Below the pieces are notes generated by a model that searched no databases, had not been told where the DNA came from, and worked only from the letters and a program-made list of their open reading frames with translations. 64,000 bases of DNA from Desulfobacterales bacterium (GTDB taxonomy: Bacteria; Desulfobacterota; Desulfobacteria; Desulfobacterales; UBA2174): assembly GCA_963668645.2 (NCBI GenBank), contig CAXXWC010000021.1, forward strand, positions 480,001 through 544,000. Direction: 5' to 3'. Positions 1 through 10,290 of the stretch are shown one piece after another; the first letter of the stretch is position 1, and each line of letters begins with the position of its first letter. The position numbers were made by a program, and so were the translations under genes.

Positions 1-972
1 CGGCTGATGGATCCGCTGGCCGAACTGGTCAAGATCGATCCCAAGTCCATCGGGGTGGGCCAGTACCAGCACGACGTGGACCAAAGCGCCCTCAAGCAGG
101 CCCTGGACGACGTGGTGGTCAGCTGCGTCAACGCCGTGGGGGTGGACGTCAACCGCGCCAGCGTGCAACTGCTCACCTATGTCTCCGGACTCGGGCCCCA
201 GCTGGCGCGCAACATCGTGGCCTTCCGGGATCAAAACGGCCCCTTTGCCGATCGCCAGGCCCTCAAGGCCGTCCCCCGGCTGGGACCCAAGGCCTTCGAA
301 CAGGCCGCCGGTTTTCTGCGCATCACGGGGGGCCGCAACGTTCTGGACGCCAGCGCGGTGCACCCTGAGCGCTACGCCCTGGTGGCTGCCATGGCTAAAG
401 ATCTGAACTGCACCGTGGCCGAACTGATGGCCGATGCGGCCGCGCGCCGGCGCATCGAGATTCAGCGCTACGTCACCGACCAGGTCGGCCTGCCCACCCT
501 CCAGGACATCCTGGCCGAGCTGGCCAAGCCGGGCCGCGATCCCCGGGCGCGCTTCGAGGCTTTTGCCTTTTCCGGCGATGTGGCCGCCATCAAGGATCTG
601 GAACCGGGCATGCGGCTTCCCGGAATCGTGACCAACGTGACCCGTTTCGGGGCCTTTGTGGATATCGGGGTCCACCAGGACGGTCTGGTGCATGTGAGCC
701 AAATGGCCGACCGCTTCGTGCGCGACCCGGCCGAGGTGGTCCAGGTCCAGCAAAAGGTCATGGTCCGGGTTCTGGAGGTCGACCTGGAGCGGCGGCGCAT
801 CTCACTGAGCATGCGGCCGGAAAGCACGGCCGAGCCGCCGGCCGACGCTGCGGCCCCTGCCGGGAACCATGCTCCGGCAAAAAAGCGCAAAGCCAACCCG
901 AAAACTGCACACAAGCCCGAGGCCCGGCCGTTTCACAATCCATTTGCCGAGGCCCTGAAAAAAAGGAGATAA
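1..972 (+). CDS. tex: Tex-family RNA-binding transcriptional accessory protein, C-terminal part (5' end outside window)
   Basis: DPLAELVKIDPKSIGVGQYQHDV motif, HhH region (GLGP..A, LGPKAFEQAAGFLRI), C-terminal S1 domain (VTNVTRFGAFVDIGVHQDGLVHVS). Confidence 0.93.
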   Translation, partial: RLMDPLAELVKIDPKSIGVGQYQHDVDQSALKQALDDVVVSCVNAVGVDVNRASVQLLTYVSGLGPQLARNIVAFRDQNGPFADRQALKAVPRLGPKAFEQAAGFLRITGGRNVLDASAVHPERYALVAAMAKDLNCTVAELMADAAARRRIEIQRYVTDQVGLPTLQDILAELAKPGRDPRARFEAFAFSGDVAAIKDLEPGMRLPGIVTNVTRFGAFVDIGVHQDGLVHVSQMADRFVRDPAEVVQVQQKVMVRVLEVDLERRRISLSMRPESTAEPPADAAAPAGNHAPAKKRKANPKTAHKPEARPFHNPFAEALKKRR

Positions 973-975
973 GCC

Positions 976-1437
976 ATGCGCGCCGTGGTTCAACGGGTGA
1001 CCGAAAGCAGCGTGACGGTGGACGGGGCCGTGGTGGGCCGCATCGGAGCGGGACTGATGATCCTTCTGGGCGTCGGGCCCGAGGACACCCCGGCCGATGC
1101 CCAGGCCCTGGCCCGCAAGATCTTTTACCTGCGTATCTTCGAAGACGCGGACGGCAAGATGAACCTCGGCCTGGGCGATACCGGGGGCGAGGTCCTGGCC
1201 GTCTCCCAGTTCACCCTGCTGGCCGACTGCCGCAAGGGCCGGCGCCCCTCCTTTGTCCGCGCAGCCCCGCCCGAGGTGGCCGAACCGCTCTACCTCGATT
1301 TTGTGGCGGCTTTGCGCCGGCTCGGGGTCAAGGTGGAAACGGGCCGTTTCGGCGCCATGATGCAGGTGGCCCTGATCAACGACGGGCCGGTGACCCTGGT
1401 CCTGGAAACCCGCCCCGGCCCGGAGGCTCTGCCATGA
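976..1437 (+). CDS. dtd: D-aminoacyl-tRNA deacylase
   Basis: MRAVVQRV start, SQFTL and NDGPVT motifs. Confidence 0.96.
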   Translation: MRAVVQRVTESSVTVDGAVVGRIGAGLMILLGVGPEDTPADAQALARKIFYLRIFEDADGKMNLGLGDTGGEVLAVSQFTLLADCRKGRRPSFVRAAPPEVAEPLYLDFVAALRRLGVKVETGRFGAMMQVALINDGPVTLVLETRPGPEALP

Positions 1438-2621
1438 GAATCCGCCCGGCCATGGTTTTGCTGGCCCTGCTCTGCTTCGCCGGGACGGCCGGTGCAGCGC
1501 CGCTGCCCGCTCGGCTGGCTGCCCGCCTCGGCCCGGATGACAGCCTGCTGGTGGTCGATCCGAACGGAAAGGTGTGCATGCAGTGGCGGCCGGAAGCTGC
1601 GAGGGTGCCGGCCTCGGTCCTCAAACTGCTCACAGCCCGTATCGCTCTTGACCATCTCGGGCGTAACTACCGCTTCGAGACCCATTTTTTCCAGGACGCG
1701 GCCGGGAATCTTTACGTACGCGGTCACGGCGACCCGCTCTGGGTATCGGAGGCCATCGCCGCTGCGGCCGAAAAACTGGCCCCCCTGCTGGCCCCGGTGG
1801 CCGACATCGTGCTGGACGACGGCTATTTTGCCCGCCCTTTGACCATTCCCGGGGTTTCGGATTCGGCCAATCCCTACGACGCCCCCAACGGGGCACTGTG
1901 CGCCAACTTCAACACCGTGATGGTATACCGCGCCCCGGACGGCACCTATCTGAGCGGCGAACCCCAGACCCCCCTGATTCCCTTTGCCGCCGAGCTGCTC
2001 GCGCGCCGCGGGCCCACCGGCGGCCGGCTGGTCCTGTCCCATAACGGCGAAGTGGCCACCCGCTACGCCGGCCACCTGATGGCGTACTTTCTTTCCCAGG
2101 CCGGCCGCCCGCCGGCAGGGACCGTCCGGCTGGGTCCGGTGCCTAAAGAGGCACGGGTTGTGCTGCGCTGGGCCTCGCCCCAGAATCTTGAAGAGGTGCT
2201 GCGCCGCATGCTGGAATTTTCCAGCAACTTTATCGCCAACCAGGTCCTCATCGCAGCTGCGGCCCGGGTCTACGGCCCGCCCGGGAACCTGGAAAAGGCC
2301 GTGCAACTGGCCGAGACCTACGGCCGGAAGGACCTGGGACTGTCGAGCCTGTCCATGGTCGAAGGATCGGGGATCGCCCGTGAAAACCGCATCAGCGCGG
2401 TTGACCTGGTCAAGCTGCTGGAGGGCTTTGCGGCAAACCGCGAACTGCTGACCCGCAAGGATCGGGTCTGGTTCAAGACCGGCACCCTGTCCGGGGTCCA
2501 GTCCCGGGCCGGCTACGTCCAGGGCCCCGACGGCGGATTTTACCGCTTCGCCATCCTGATCAACACCCCGGGACGCCGGGCGGATGGAGTGCTCCAGGCC
2601 CTGCTGCCGTTTTTGCCCTAA
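1434..2621 (+). CDS. dacB: D-Ala-D-Ala carboxypeptidase/endopeptidase (PBP4, peptidase S13)
   Basis: Signal peptide; SxxK (ASVLK), SxN (SSN), KTG motifs; ATGA overlap with dtd. Confidence 0.88.
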   Translation: MRIRPAMVLLALLCFAGTAGAAPLPARLAARLGPDDSLLVVDPNGKVCMQWRPEAARVPASVLKLLTARIALDHLGRNYRFETHFFQDAAGNLYVRGHGDPLWVSEAIAAAAEKLAPLLAPVADIVLDDGYFARPLTIPGVSDSANPYDAPNGALCANFNTVMVYRAPDGTYLSGEPQTPLIPFAAELLARRGPTGGRLVLSHNGEVATRYAGHLMAYFLSQAGRPPAGTVRLGPVPKEARVVLRWASPQNLEEVLRRMLEFSSNFIANQVLIAAAARVYGPPGNLEKAVQLAETYGRKDLGLSSLSMVEGSGIARENRISAVDLVKLLEGFAANRELLTRKDRVWFKTGTLSGVQSRAGYVQGPDGGFYRFAILINTPGRRADGVLQALLPFLP

Positions 2622-2877
2622 GCGAGGGGTCGGATCGCAGAGGCCACAAGCTGATCATGGGAGCTTGACCGGGCCGGCGAAAAGCTGCACCGATGACCGC
2701 CCGCTGGGCAGCGTATTGATTTCATGCCGGGTTTGTGCTGACAATTGTCCTCGAATTTACAGCGGCCATGGATCCAAGCCGGAGTAACTTACTGTTGCAC
2801 CCGGAACGGCATCCACGGCCAGATTTCAATGCCACGCTGCGCCCAACCCCTCACCGTTGGCCGTACCAGGAGTGTTC

Positions 2878-4170
2878 ATGAAGAAAAATTCCAGCCCGGT
2901 CCAGATCACCTCGCCGGTGCCATCGCACAAGGAGGAAAACAGCCATCGCCGCCAGATGCGGCAACTGGCCGAGGAACTGGAGAATATCTACGAAAAGATT
3001 TGGAAGGGTTCCATGGCCGGGATTTACATATCCCAGGACGGGGTGTTCCAGACCGTCAGCCCACCGGCCGCCGCCTTGACGGGCTACAGTGTCGCGGAGT
3101 TGATGGGCCGCAAGTCCGACAGCCTGATCTTTCCCGAGGACCTGGCCGGTCAAAAACACAACGCCCGGCAAATGCTCGACGGGAAGATCTCGTCTCCGTA
3201 TGAGTTTCGCATCGTCACCAAGCAGAACGAGATTCGCTGGGTCATGGAATCGGTTACGGCCACGTTCTATAACGGCCAGCCGGCCATTCTGGGCAACTCC
3301 ATGGACATCACGGCCCGCAAAGCGGTCGAAGAGCGCCTGAAAGAGTCGGAAAACCTCTACCGGGCCATCTTCGAGACCACCGGTGCGGCCACCATCATCA
3401 TCGAAGATGATATGACCCTTTCTTTGCTCAACTGCGAATTCGAGAAGATGACCGGGTATCGCCGGAAGGAATGGGAGGGAAAGAAAAAATGGCCGGAGTA
3501 TATCCCCCAAAAAGACCTCTACCGCATGATCAAGACCCACAGGCTCCGCAGAGTCGACCCGGAAAGCACGCCACGCAATTTCGAGCATGACCTGATCGAC
3601 GCCCAGGGGCGGATCCGCAATATGTATCTGACCGCCGACCTGATTCCCGGCACCCAAAAGAGCGTCGTTTCTTTCATGGATATTACCGCCTGGAAGGAAG
3701 CCGAACGAGTTTTGAAACACCGCGAACAGGAGCTTCGCATCAAGTCGCACAAACTCGAGGAACTCAATACGGCCTTGCGGGTCCTGCTCAAACAACGCGA
3801 GAACGATCGCCAGGAACTCGAAGAGAAGGTCCTGGCCAATGTCAAAGAGTTCGTCCTGCCGCATATCGAAGAGATCCAACGATGCAAGATGGATGAAAAG
3901 GCCCGGGCGTACCTGGAGATTCTGCGATCCAATCTTGAAGATATCATTTCGCCCTTTTCCCGCCGGCTTTCTTCCAAGTATCTCAACCTGACCCCCAAGG
4001 AAATCCAGGTGGCCAATTTCATCCGCGAAGGCAAGACCAGCAAGGAGATCGCCGACATCATGAACGTTTCCAAAAGCGCGGTGGACATCCACCGCTACCG
4101 CCTGCGCAACAAGCTGGGGTTGAACAACCAGAAGGCCAACCTGCGGTCCCACCTGAGCAAGTACCTCTAA
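2878..4170 (+). CDS. PAS-domain LuxR-family transcriptional regulator
   Basis: Two PAS/PAC repeats (DITARK, DITAWK), coiled coil, C-terminal LTPKEIQVANFIREGKTSKEIA...HRYRLRNKLGL HTH; AGGAG before ATG 2878. Confidence 0.9.
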   Translation: MKKNSSPVQITSPVPSHKEENSHRRQMRQLAEELENIYEKIWKGSMAGIYISQDGVFQTVSPPAAALTGYSVAELMGRKSDSLIFPEDLAGQKHNARQMLDGKISSPYEFRIVTKQNEIRWVMESVTATFYNGQPAILGNSMDITARKAVEERLKESENLYRAIFETTGAATIIIEDDMTLSLLNCEFEKMTGYRRKEWEGKKKWPEYIPQKDLYRMIKTHRLRRVDPESTPRNFEHDLIDAQGRIRNMYLTADLIPGTQKSVVSFMDITAWKEAERVLKHREQELRIKSHKLEELNTALRVLLKQRENDRQELEEKVLANVKEFVLPHIEEIQRCKMDEKARAYLEILRSNLEDIISPFSRRLSSKYLNLTPKEIQVANFIREGKTSKEIADIMNVSKSAVDIHRYRLRNKLGLNNQKANLRSHLSKYL

Positions 4171-4567
4171 CCGGCATTCCGGGTGCCATCGGTCCGCGAT
4201 CCGCCGCGGATCGCCGGGTTTCCACCATTATACTAGTTTTACAGTAATATTTTATTGCTATTTATTTGCTATTGCCTTTCCGGTTGCCTTGGCTTAGCTA
4301 TCAGCCAAGATAGCCGTCAAGAAGTCTCTTTCGCAAACGACGGTTCGGTGATGCAACCGGACTGCTCATCAAAAAGAGGTGACATGCCGATAACACGGAT
4401 CGTGTCCACATAGCTTCGATCAAGGGCTATCGAATCGCAGGGCAGAAAAATCGAACGGCCCTCAGGTAAAACAAATCGCTTTTATGACCATCGCTGCCGG
4501 CAGGGTGCATCGTCATAATTGAACGGAGGAGTGTTTTCATCCAATCCACCAAAAGGAGGAGCGTGCT

Positions 4568-5590
4568 GTGAAAAAAAGAAGCGTCAAGACGGTTATTTCC
4601 CTCATTGCGGCCGCATCATTCGTTATCATCGTTTCGGCCATGGCCGCCGGCCAGGCAAGCGCCGCGGTCACCATTCGCGTCGGTACGGTCGTCTCTCCCA
4701 CCCATTCCTATTCCACTGCGGTAAAAACATTTGAAAAGGAAATCGAAACCCAGACCAATGGAGCGGTGAAAGTCACCTATAGCGGCGGCGGGGCCTTGGG
4801 CGGTGAGCGCCAGATGGTGGAAGCCGTGGTGCGTGGCGTTCTTGACATGACCTGGGCCTCGGACATCGGCCTGGCGGCCGTTTACCCGGAACTGGGCTTT
4901 CCCAACCTGCCCTACCTCTTCGAAAACTACACTGAAGCCGACGCCAAGTACCGCAACGGCTGGATCGGCCAGTACATCATCGACTACATGGATACCAAGG
5001 GGGTCAAGGTGCTGGCCATCGGTGAAAACGACTACCGCGGCCTGACCAACTCCAAGCGCCCCATCACCAAGGGGGAAGATTTCAAGGGACTGAAGCTGCG
5101 CGTGCCGGAAGTGCCCATGTACATCGATTTTTACAAGGCCCTGGGCGTGCTGCCGACCCCCATGTCGATCACCGAGCTGACCACCGCCTTGCAGCAGGGG
5201 ACCGTCGACGGTCAGGACAACGGCGCCATCATCACCTACGACCTGGGGATTCACCAGTTCCAGAAATATGCCACCAAGGCCCAGCAGATCTATTCGGGCA
5301 TGCAGATGTGCATGTCGAAGCGGACCTGGAACAAGTTGACGCCGGAGCAGCAGAAGATCGTGACCGAGGCGGCTAAAAAGGCGGCCGACATTCAGGTCAA
5401 GGTCAACCGCGAAAACGTACTTAAAGACTATACCGAAATGGCCAAGACCGGGGTGCAGGTCATCGAGCCGCCCCCCGAACTGGTAAAGGACCTCAAGGCG
5501 GTGGCGGCCAAGATCTGGGCCGATCCCAAGTATGAAAAGGTCTACGGCAAAAAGGTCATGGACCGCATCAAGAAAGAGGCGGCCAACTAA
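4568..5590 (+). CDS. dctP: TRAP transporter substrate-binding protein DctP
   Basis: Signal peptide, GALGGERQMVE, FKGLKLRVP, ALQQGTVDGQDN; AGGAGG RBS before GTG. Confidence 0.93.
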   Translation: MKKRSVKTVISLIAAASFVIIVSAMAAGQASAAVTIRVGTVVSPTHSYSTAVKTFEKEIETQTNGAVKVTYSGGGALGGERQMVEAVVRGVLDMTWASDIGLAAVYPELGFPNLPYLFENYTEADAKYRNGWIGQYIIDYMDTKGVKVLAIGENDYRGLTNSKRPITKGEDFKGLKLRVPEVPMYIDFYKALGVLPTPMSITELTTALQQGTVDGQDNGAIITYDLGIHQFQKYATKAQQIYSGMQMCMSKRTWNKLTPEQQKIVTEAAKKAADIQVKVNRENVLKDYTEMAKTGVQVIEPPPELVKDLKAVAAKIWADPKYEKVYGKKVMDRIKKEAAN

Positions 5591-5626
5591 GCCCCGCGAT
5601 CGGCACGGCCGATGTTCGACCCGAAG

Positions 5627-5657
5627 CGGCAGGGGCGGAAGATCTGCGCCCCTGCCG
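5627..5657 (+). promoter_or_regulatory. 11-bp perfect stem-loop between dctP and dctQ (mRNA-stabilising or attenuating)
   Basis: CGGCAGGGGCG-N9-CGCCCCTGCCG, no U-tract; typical position after binding-protein genes. Confidence 0.6.
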
Positions 5658-5689
5658 GAAACAGAATCGTACAAAGCGGGGTCATTGCC

Positions 5690-6238
5690 ATGATCAGAAC
5701 GCTGGAAAAAGTCAACAATGGCCTGGTTTCTCTCGAGTACTGGGTAGCTGTCCCCCTGTTTATCTTCATGCTCGGTTTGATGCTGGCACAGGTGGTTTGC
5801 CGCTACTTTCTCGAAGTTCCCCTTTCCTTTTCCGAGGAGCTGGCACGCATCGTCTTTGTGGGCTGCACCTTTCTCGGGGCGGCCATCGCCACCGGAGAGC
5901 GCGGGCACATCGAGATCAACTTCGTGGAACTGACCATCGGCCGCTTTATCAAGAGCCACGCAGGAAAGATGCGCGCCGCGGTATGCATGAACGTTTTGCG
6001 CGACACCGGCACCATCGTTTGCCTGACCATCGTATCCTATCAGAGCTACCTGCTCGTCGTAGACCAGTTTGAGATGGGGCAGGTCTCCACGGCCATGTCG
6101 ATGCCGCTGTGGATCGTGACCGGCGCGATGCTGGTGGGCATGATGCTGGCCATCGTGCACAGCGCGTTGTTGATCGTTCTCAATCTGGCCGGGCGCGGTC
6201 CCATGGGTTACGAGTTCGCGCGGGGAGGTGAATCCTAA
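5690..6238 (+). CDS. dctQ: TRAP transporter small permease DctQ
   Basis: Four TM segments, QVVCRY..SEELAR..GHIEI motif; position between dctP and dctM. Confidence 0.9.
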   Translation: MIRTLEKVNNGLVSLEYWVAVPLFIFMLGLMLAQVVCRYFLEVPLSFSEELARIVFVGCTFLGAAIATGERGHIEINFVELTIGRFIKSHAGKMRAAVCMNVLRDTGTIVCLTIVSYQSYLLVVDQFEMGQVSTAMSMPLWIVTGAMLVGMMLAIVHSALLIVLNLAGRGPMGYEFARGGES

Positions 6239-7542
6239 TGCACCTTGTCGGGATTTTCATACTCGTATTCGTTCTGCTGGCCATCGCGCGCATTCCCATA
6301 CCGTTCAGCGCCGGGCTGGCCGGGATCCTGTGCATCATAATCGGCGACATCCCCCTGGCCATCATACCGGCCATGGTCTTCGGCAGCGTCGATTCGTTCG
6401 CCTTTCTGGCGATACCGGCCTTTATCTACTCGGGCGACGTCATGGCCCTGGGCGGGATCACCACCTCCCTGGTGGCCTGGGTGCGCGCACTCACCGGCCG
6501 GCTCAAGGGGAGCATCGCGGCCACCACCGTCATCACCTCGGCCCTGTTCGGTTCCATCTCGGGCTCTTCGGTGGCCACGGTAAGCGCCATCGGCGGCATG
6601 ATGCTGCCAGAGATGAAGCGGGCCGGCTACGACGAGAACTTCGCCACCTCACTGGTTGCGGCCTCCGGATTTCTGGGCATCCTGATCCCCCCGAGCATTC
6701 CCGGGGTGGTCTACGGGCTGGCCGTGGGCGTACCGGTCGGTGACGTCTGGCTGGCCACCTTGATGCCGGCTTTGATCCTGACCGTCTTTTATCTGATCTA
6801 CTGCCGGATCTTTTACGCCCACCAGGAGATCCAGGACAAAGGACCGTTCAATTCCCGCATCTACATGCGCAACATCGCCAAAACCAGCCCCCGCGGCCTG
6901 GTGGCGATGTTGATGCCGATGATCATCTTCGTTGGGGTCTACGGCGGGATCCTGACCCCCACCGAGGCCGGGGCCGTGGCGGTGCTCTACGGGCTGATCG
7001 CCGGATGGGTCATCTATCCGTTGCTGTTCAAGGATAAATCCGAGCAGGGCCTTCTGGCCATTACCCGGAAAAGTGTGGTGACCAGTGCGGCCATCATGCT
7101 GCTCATCGCCTTTGCCGCCATTCCCAGCGCCATGTTCACCTACGGCGACTGCGCCACGGCGGTGACCGACTGGCTGCTGGGGATCACCGAATCCCAGGTC
7201 GTCTTTTTGCTGATGGTCAACGTGGTGCTGCTCGTGGTGGGCATGTTCATGGAGACCAACACCAGCATCCTGCTGCTGGCGCCGATCCTTTCCCCGGCAG
7301 CCAAGGCCTTCGGGGTCCACCCGATCCACTTTTCGGCCATCATGCTGCTCAACCTGGAAATCGGCATGATCACCCCGCCGTTCGCCGCCAACATCTTCGT
7401 GGCCTGCCGCATCGAGAACATCAGCATCGACAAGGTACTCAGGCCCATGATCGGGTTTATCCTGATCTGCATTCCGACGCTTTTGATCACGACTTATGTG
7501 CCGAGCATCCCGCTGTTTTTCTTGAATCTTATGGGCCACTAA
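6238..7542 (+). CDS. dctM: TRAP transporter large permease DctM
   Basis: FGSISGSSVAT, GILIPPSIP, TPTEAG, IGMITPP motifs. Confidence 0.94.
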   Translation: MHLVGIFILVFVLLAIARIPIPFSAGLAGILCIIIGDIPLAIIPAMVFGSVDSFAFLAIPAFIYSGDVMALGGITTSLVAWVRALTGRLKGSIAATTVITSALFGSISGSSVATVSAIGGMMLPEMKRAGYDENFATSLVAASGFLGILIPPSIPGVVYGLAVGVPVGDVWLATLMPALILTVFYLIYCRIFYAHQEIQDKGPFNSRIYMRNIAKTSPRGLVAMLMPMIIFVGVYGGILTPTEAGAVAVLYGLIAGWVIYPLLFKDKSEQGLLAITRKSVVTSAAIMLLIAFAAIPSAMFTYGDCATAVTDWLLGITESQVVFLLMVNVVLLVVGMFMETNTSILLLAPILSPAAKAFGVHPIHFSAIMLLNLEIGMITPPFAANIFVACRIENISIDKVLRPMIGFILICIPTLLITTYVPSIPLFFLNLMGH

Positions 7543-7570
7543 CAACTGAACGGAAAGGAAGTTTTGGAAA

Positions 7571-8941
7571 ATGGCTCTAGCCGTTTTAAAACCGGTTTTT
7601 GACATAGAAGGCGAATACAAGGCCAAGACGGTCTCCACCGACGAGGCGGTCAAGGCGATACGTTCGGGCGATGTCATCCACTACGGCGCCTTTTGCGGAT
7701 CAGTCTACGACCTGGACCAGGCCCTGGCCCGGCGTATCCACGAACTGCGGGATCTTCAGATCATCGCCTGCATCTGGCCTTACGACCACAGGCCGGCAAT
7801 CGCCGAAGCCGATCCCAAGGGAGAACATTTCCGCTGGCAATCGACCCAGTTCAGCGCCATCGAGCGGCAGATGAACAAGGAGGGGATCTGCTGGTACATC
7901 CCGGTCCAGTACCGCGAACAGCTCAAGTACCTGCGCCAGGACTTGAAGATCGACGTGGCCATGCTCCAGGTCGCCCCGATGGACCGGCACGGGTATTTCA
8001 ACGTCGGACCCCAGGTCTCGGATGCCATGGCGGTGGTGGAGCGGGCGCGCGTGGTCATTGTCGAAGTCAACGAAAACATGCCCCGGGTTTGCGGCAGCAC
8101 CGGTCACACGCTGCACCTGTCGCAGATCGACCATATCGTTCACGGCAGCAACCGGCTTCTCGACGAACGGGTCGCCAAGCCGCCGTCGGCCATCGACCGC
8201 CAGATCGCCGAGTACATCGTGCCGCGGATCCGCAGCGGCAGTACGCTTCAGCTCGGCATCGGCGGGCTGCCCAACTGCGTGGGCAGCATGATCGCCGAAT
8301 CGGACACCAAGGATCTGAGCGTTCACTCCGAGATGTTCGTTGACGCCTTTCTCAACCTGTACAAGGCCGGCAAGATCACCGGCAACAAAAACATCGACAA
8401 GGGCAAGATGGTCTTCACCTTCGCCATGGGATCGCGCGAGCTGTACGAGTTCATCGACCAGAATCCGATCTGCGCCTGCTATCCGGTGGACTACGTCAAC
8501 GAGATCGCCACGGTGGCCAGGATCGACGACTTTGTTTCGATCAACAGCTGCCTTGAGGTTGATCTTTTCGGCCAGGTCAACTCCGAGTCGGTGGGCATGC
8601 AGCACATCGGCGGCAACGGCGGCCAGCTCGACTTCGTGCTGGGAGCCTATCTGTCCAAAGGCGGCCAGAGCTTCCTGTGCACCCCCTCGACCTTCCGCAA
8701 CCGCGCCGGAACGCTCAAGAGCCTGATCCGCGGGCGCCTCGATGCCGGTGCCATCGTGACCGTGCCGCGCCAGGCGACCCACTGCATCGTGACCGAGTAC
8801 GGGGTTGCCAACCTCAAGGGCAAGTCGACCTGGCAGCGGGCCGAGGCCTTGATCGAGGTGGCCCACCCGGATTTTCGCGACGAACTGGTGCGCGAGGCCG
8901 AACAGATGGGGGTCTGGAAGCGGAGCAGCCGCGTGGCCTAG
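7571..8941 (+). CDS. Acetyl-CoA hydrolase/transferase-family CoA-transferase (4-hydroxybutyrate/butyryl-CoA:acetate type)
   Basis: TLQLGIGGLP, HSEM, EVDLFGQVNSE, GGQLDF, IVTEYGVANL, AHPDFR motifs. Confidence 0.9.
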   Translation: MALAVLKPVFDIEGEYKAKTVSTDEAVKAIRSGDVIHYGAFCGSVYDLDQALARRIHELRDLQIIACIWPYDHRPAIAEADPKGEHFRWQSTQFSAIERQMNKEGICWYIPVQYREQLKYLRQDLKIDVAMLQVAPMDRHGYFNVGPQVSDAMAVVERARVVIVEVNENMPRVCGSTGHTLHLSQIDHIVHGSNRLLDERVAKPPSAIDRQIAEYIVPRIRSGSTLQLGIGGLPNCVGSMIAESDTKDLSVHSEMFVDAFLNLYKAGKITGNKNIDKGKMVFTFAMGSRELYEFIDQNPICACYPVDYVNEIATVARIDDFVSINSCLEVDLFGQVNSESVGMQHIGGNGGQLDFVLGAYLSKGGQSFLCTPSTFRNRAGTLKSLIRGRLDAGAIVTVPRQATHCIVTEYGVANLKGKSTWQRAEALIEVAHPDFRDELVREAEQMGVWKRSSRVA

Positions 8942-9069
8942 CACGTTGGGCTTAACACGCCCTTATCCCGCGTGATGCGCGCCGGGGCTCGACCAGACCG
9001 CGACGCGAGTCAGCGGGCCCGCGGGCCGCTGGCGCCCATCACCGACACGCCGACACAAGCGAGATCATT

Positions 9070-10275
9070 ATGAACACGGCGCTTTCTTCAAAGCAGTTGC
9101 TATCACGGCTCATCGCCCGGCACTACGAGGAGGCCCTGGAGGCCAAGAGCTCCGGGCAGATCGTGGCCTGGTCCACCTCCATCGCCCCGCAGGAGTTGCT
9201 CGAGACGATGGATATCAAGGTTGTCTATCCGGAAAACCACGCGGCGGCCATCGGGGCGCGCAAGGACGCCCAGACCTTCATCGACCAGGCCGAAAACAAC
9301 GCCTACTCGACCGACCTGTGCTCATACGCGCGGGTGAATATCGGCTATGCGGATATCCGCGAGAGCATCGCGGGCAACATTCCGATGCCAGACCTGCTCT
9401 TTTGCTGCAACAACATCTGCAACACCGTGATCAAGTGGTACGAGAACCTGGCGCGCAAGATGCGCATCCCGATGATCCTCTTCGATATGCCCTTCAACCA
9501 CACCTACCAGGTGCCCGACGAGAGCGTGCGCTACATCCGCCGTCAGTTGGAGCAGGCCGTCAAGCAGCTCGAAGAGATCAGCGGCAAGCGCTTCGATGCG
9601 GACCGGTTCAAGGAGGTAATGAAGGTTTCCACCGAAACGGCAACCTGGTGGAAAAAGGCCACGTCCCGGGCTGCGGCCCGGCCCTCGCCCATGAACGGGT
9701 TCGACATGTTCAATTACATGGCCGCGATCGTCTGCATGCGGGGCAAGCCCGAGGGCCGGGATCTTTTCAAACTCTGGGCCGAAGAGCTCGAGGCCAAGAT
9801 CGCGCGCGGCGAAGGGCCCTGGAAGGACCAGGCGGAACAATACCGTATCATGTGGGACGGAATCGCCTGCTGGCCGCATCTGTCGGACACCTACAAGGTG
9901 CTGAAGAAAAACGGGATCAACGTGGTCAGCTCCACCTACCCGGACTCGTGGACCATCGTCTACGACAGCGACGATCTGGACGCCATGGCCAGGGCCTACA
10001 GCTCCAACTACGTCAACCGCAGCCTGGACTACGGGGTCGACCTGATCGTGCGGCTGGCCGGTGAGTTTTCCCTGGACGGAATCGTGCATCACTCCAACCG
10101 GAGCTGCAAGCTGATGGATTTTCGCCAGTACGAAGTGCAGCGGCAGGTCCAGGAAAGGACCGGTGTGGCCAGCGTGATTTTCGACGGGGACCAGACCGAT
10201 CCCCGAGCCTTTTCCCTGGCGCAGTATGAAACCCGGATCCAGGCGCTGGTGGAGATGATGGGACAAAAAATATGA
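9070..10275 (+). CDS. 2-hydroxyacyl-CoA dehydratase alpha subunit (HadB/FldB/HgdA-like)
   Basis: YPENHAA, DLCSYAR, CCNNICNTVIKWYE, NRSCK, DGDQTDPR motifs. Confidence 0.9.
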   Translation: MNTALSSKQLLSRLIARHYEEALEAKSSGQIVAWSTSIAPQELLETMDIKVVYPENHAAAIGARKDAQTFIDQAENNAYSTDLCSYARVNIGYADIRESIAGNIPMPDLLFCCNNICNTVIKWYENLARKMRIPMILFDMPFNHTYQVPDESVRYIRRQLEQAVKQLEEISGKRFDADRFKEVMKVSTETATWWKKATSRAAARPSPMNGFDMFNYMAAIVCMRGKPEGRDLFKLWAEELEAKIARGEGPWKDQAEQYRIMWDGIACWPHLSDTYKVLKKNGINVVSSTYPDSWTIVYDSDDLDAMARAYSSNYVNRSLDYGVDLIVRLAGEFSLDGIVHHSNRSCKLMDFRQYEVQRQVQERTGVASVIFDGDQTDPRAFSLAQYETRIQALVEMMGQKI

Positions 10276-10290
10276 AAGGCCGATCCGATC

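Noticed and set aside
4300..4560. Long leader before dctP as a riboswitch
   Set aside because: Only weak hairpins; no conserved aptamer motif recognised
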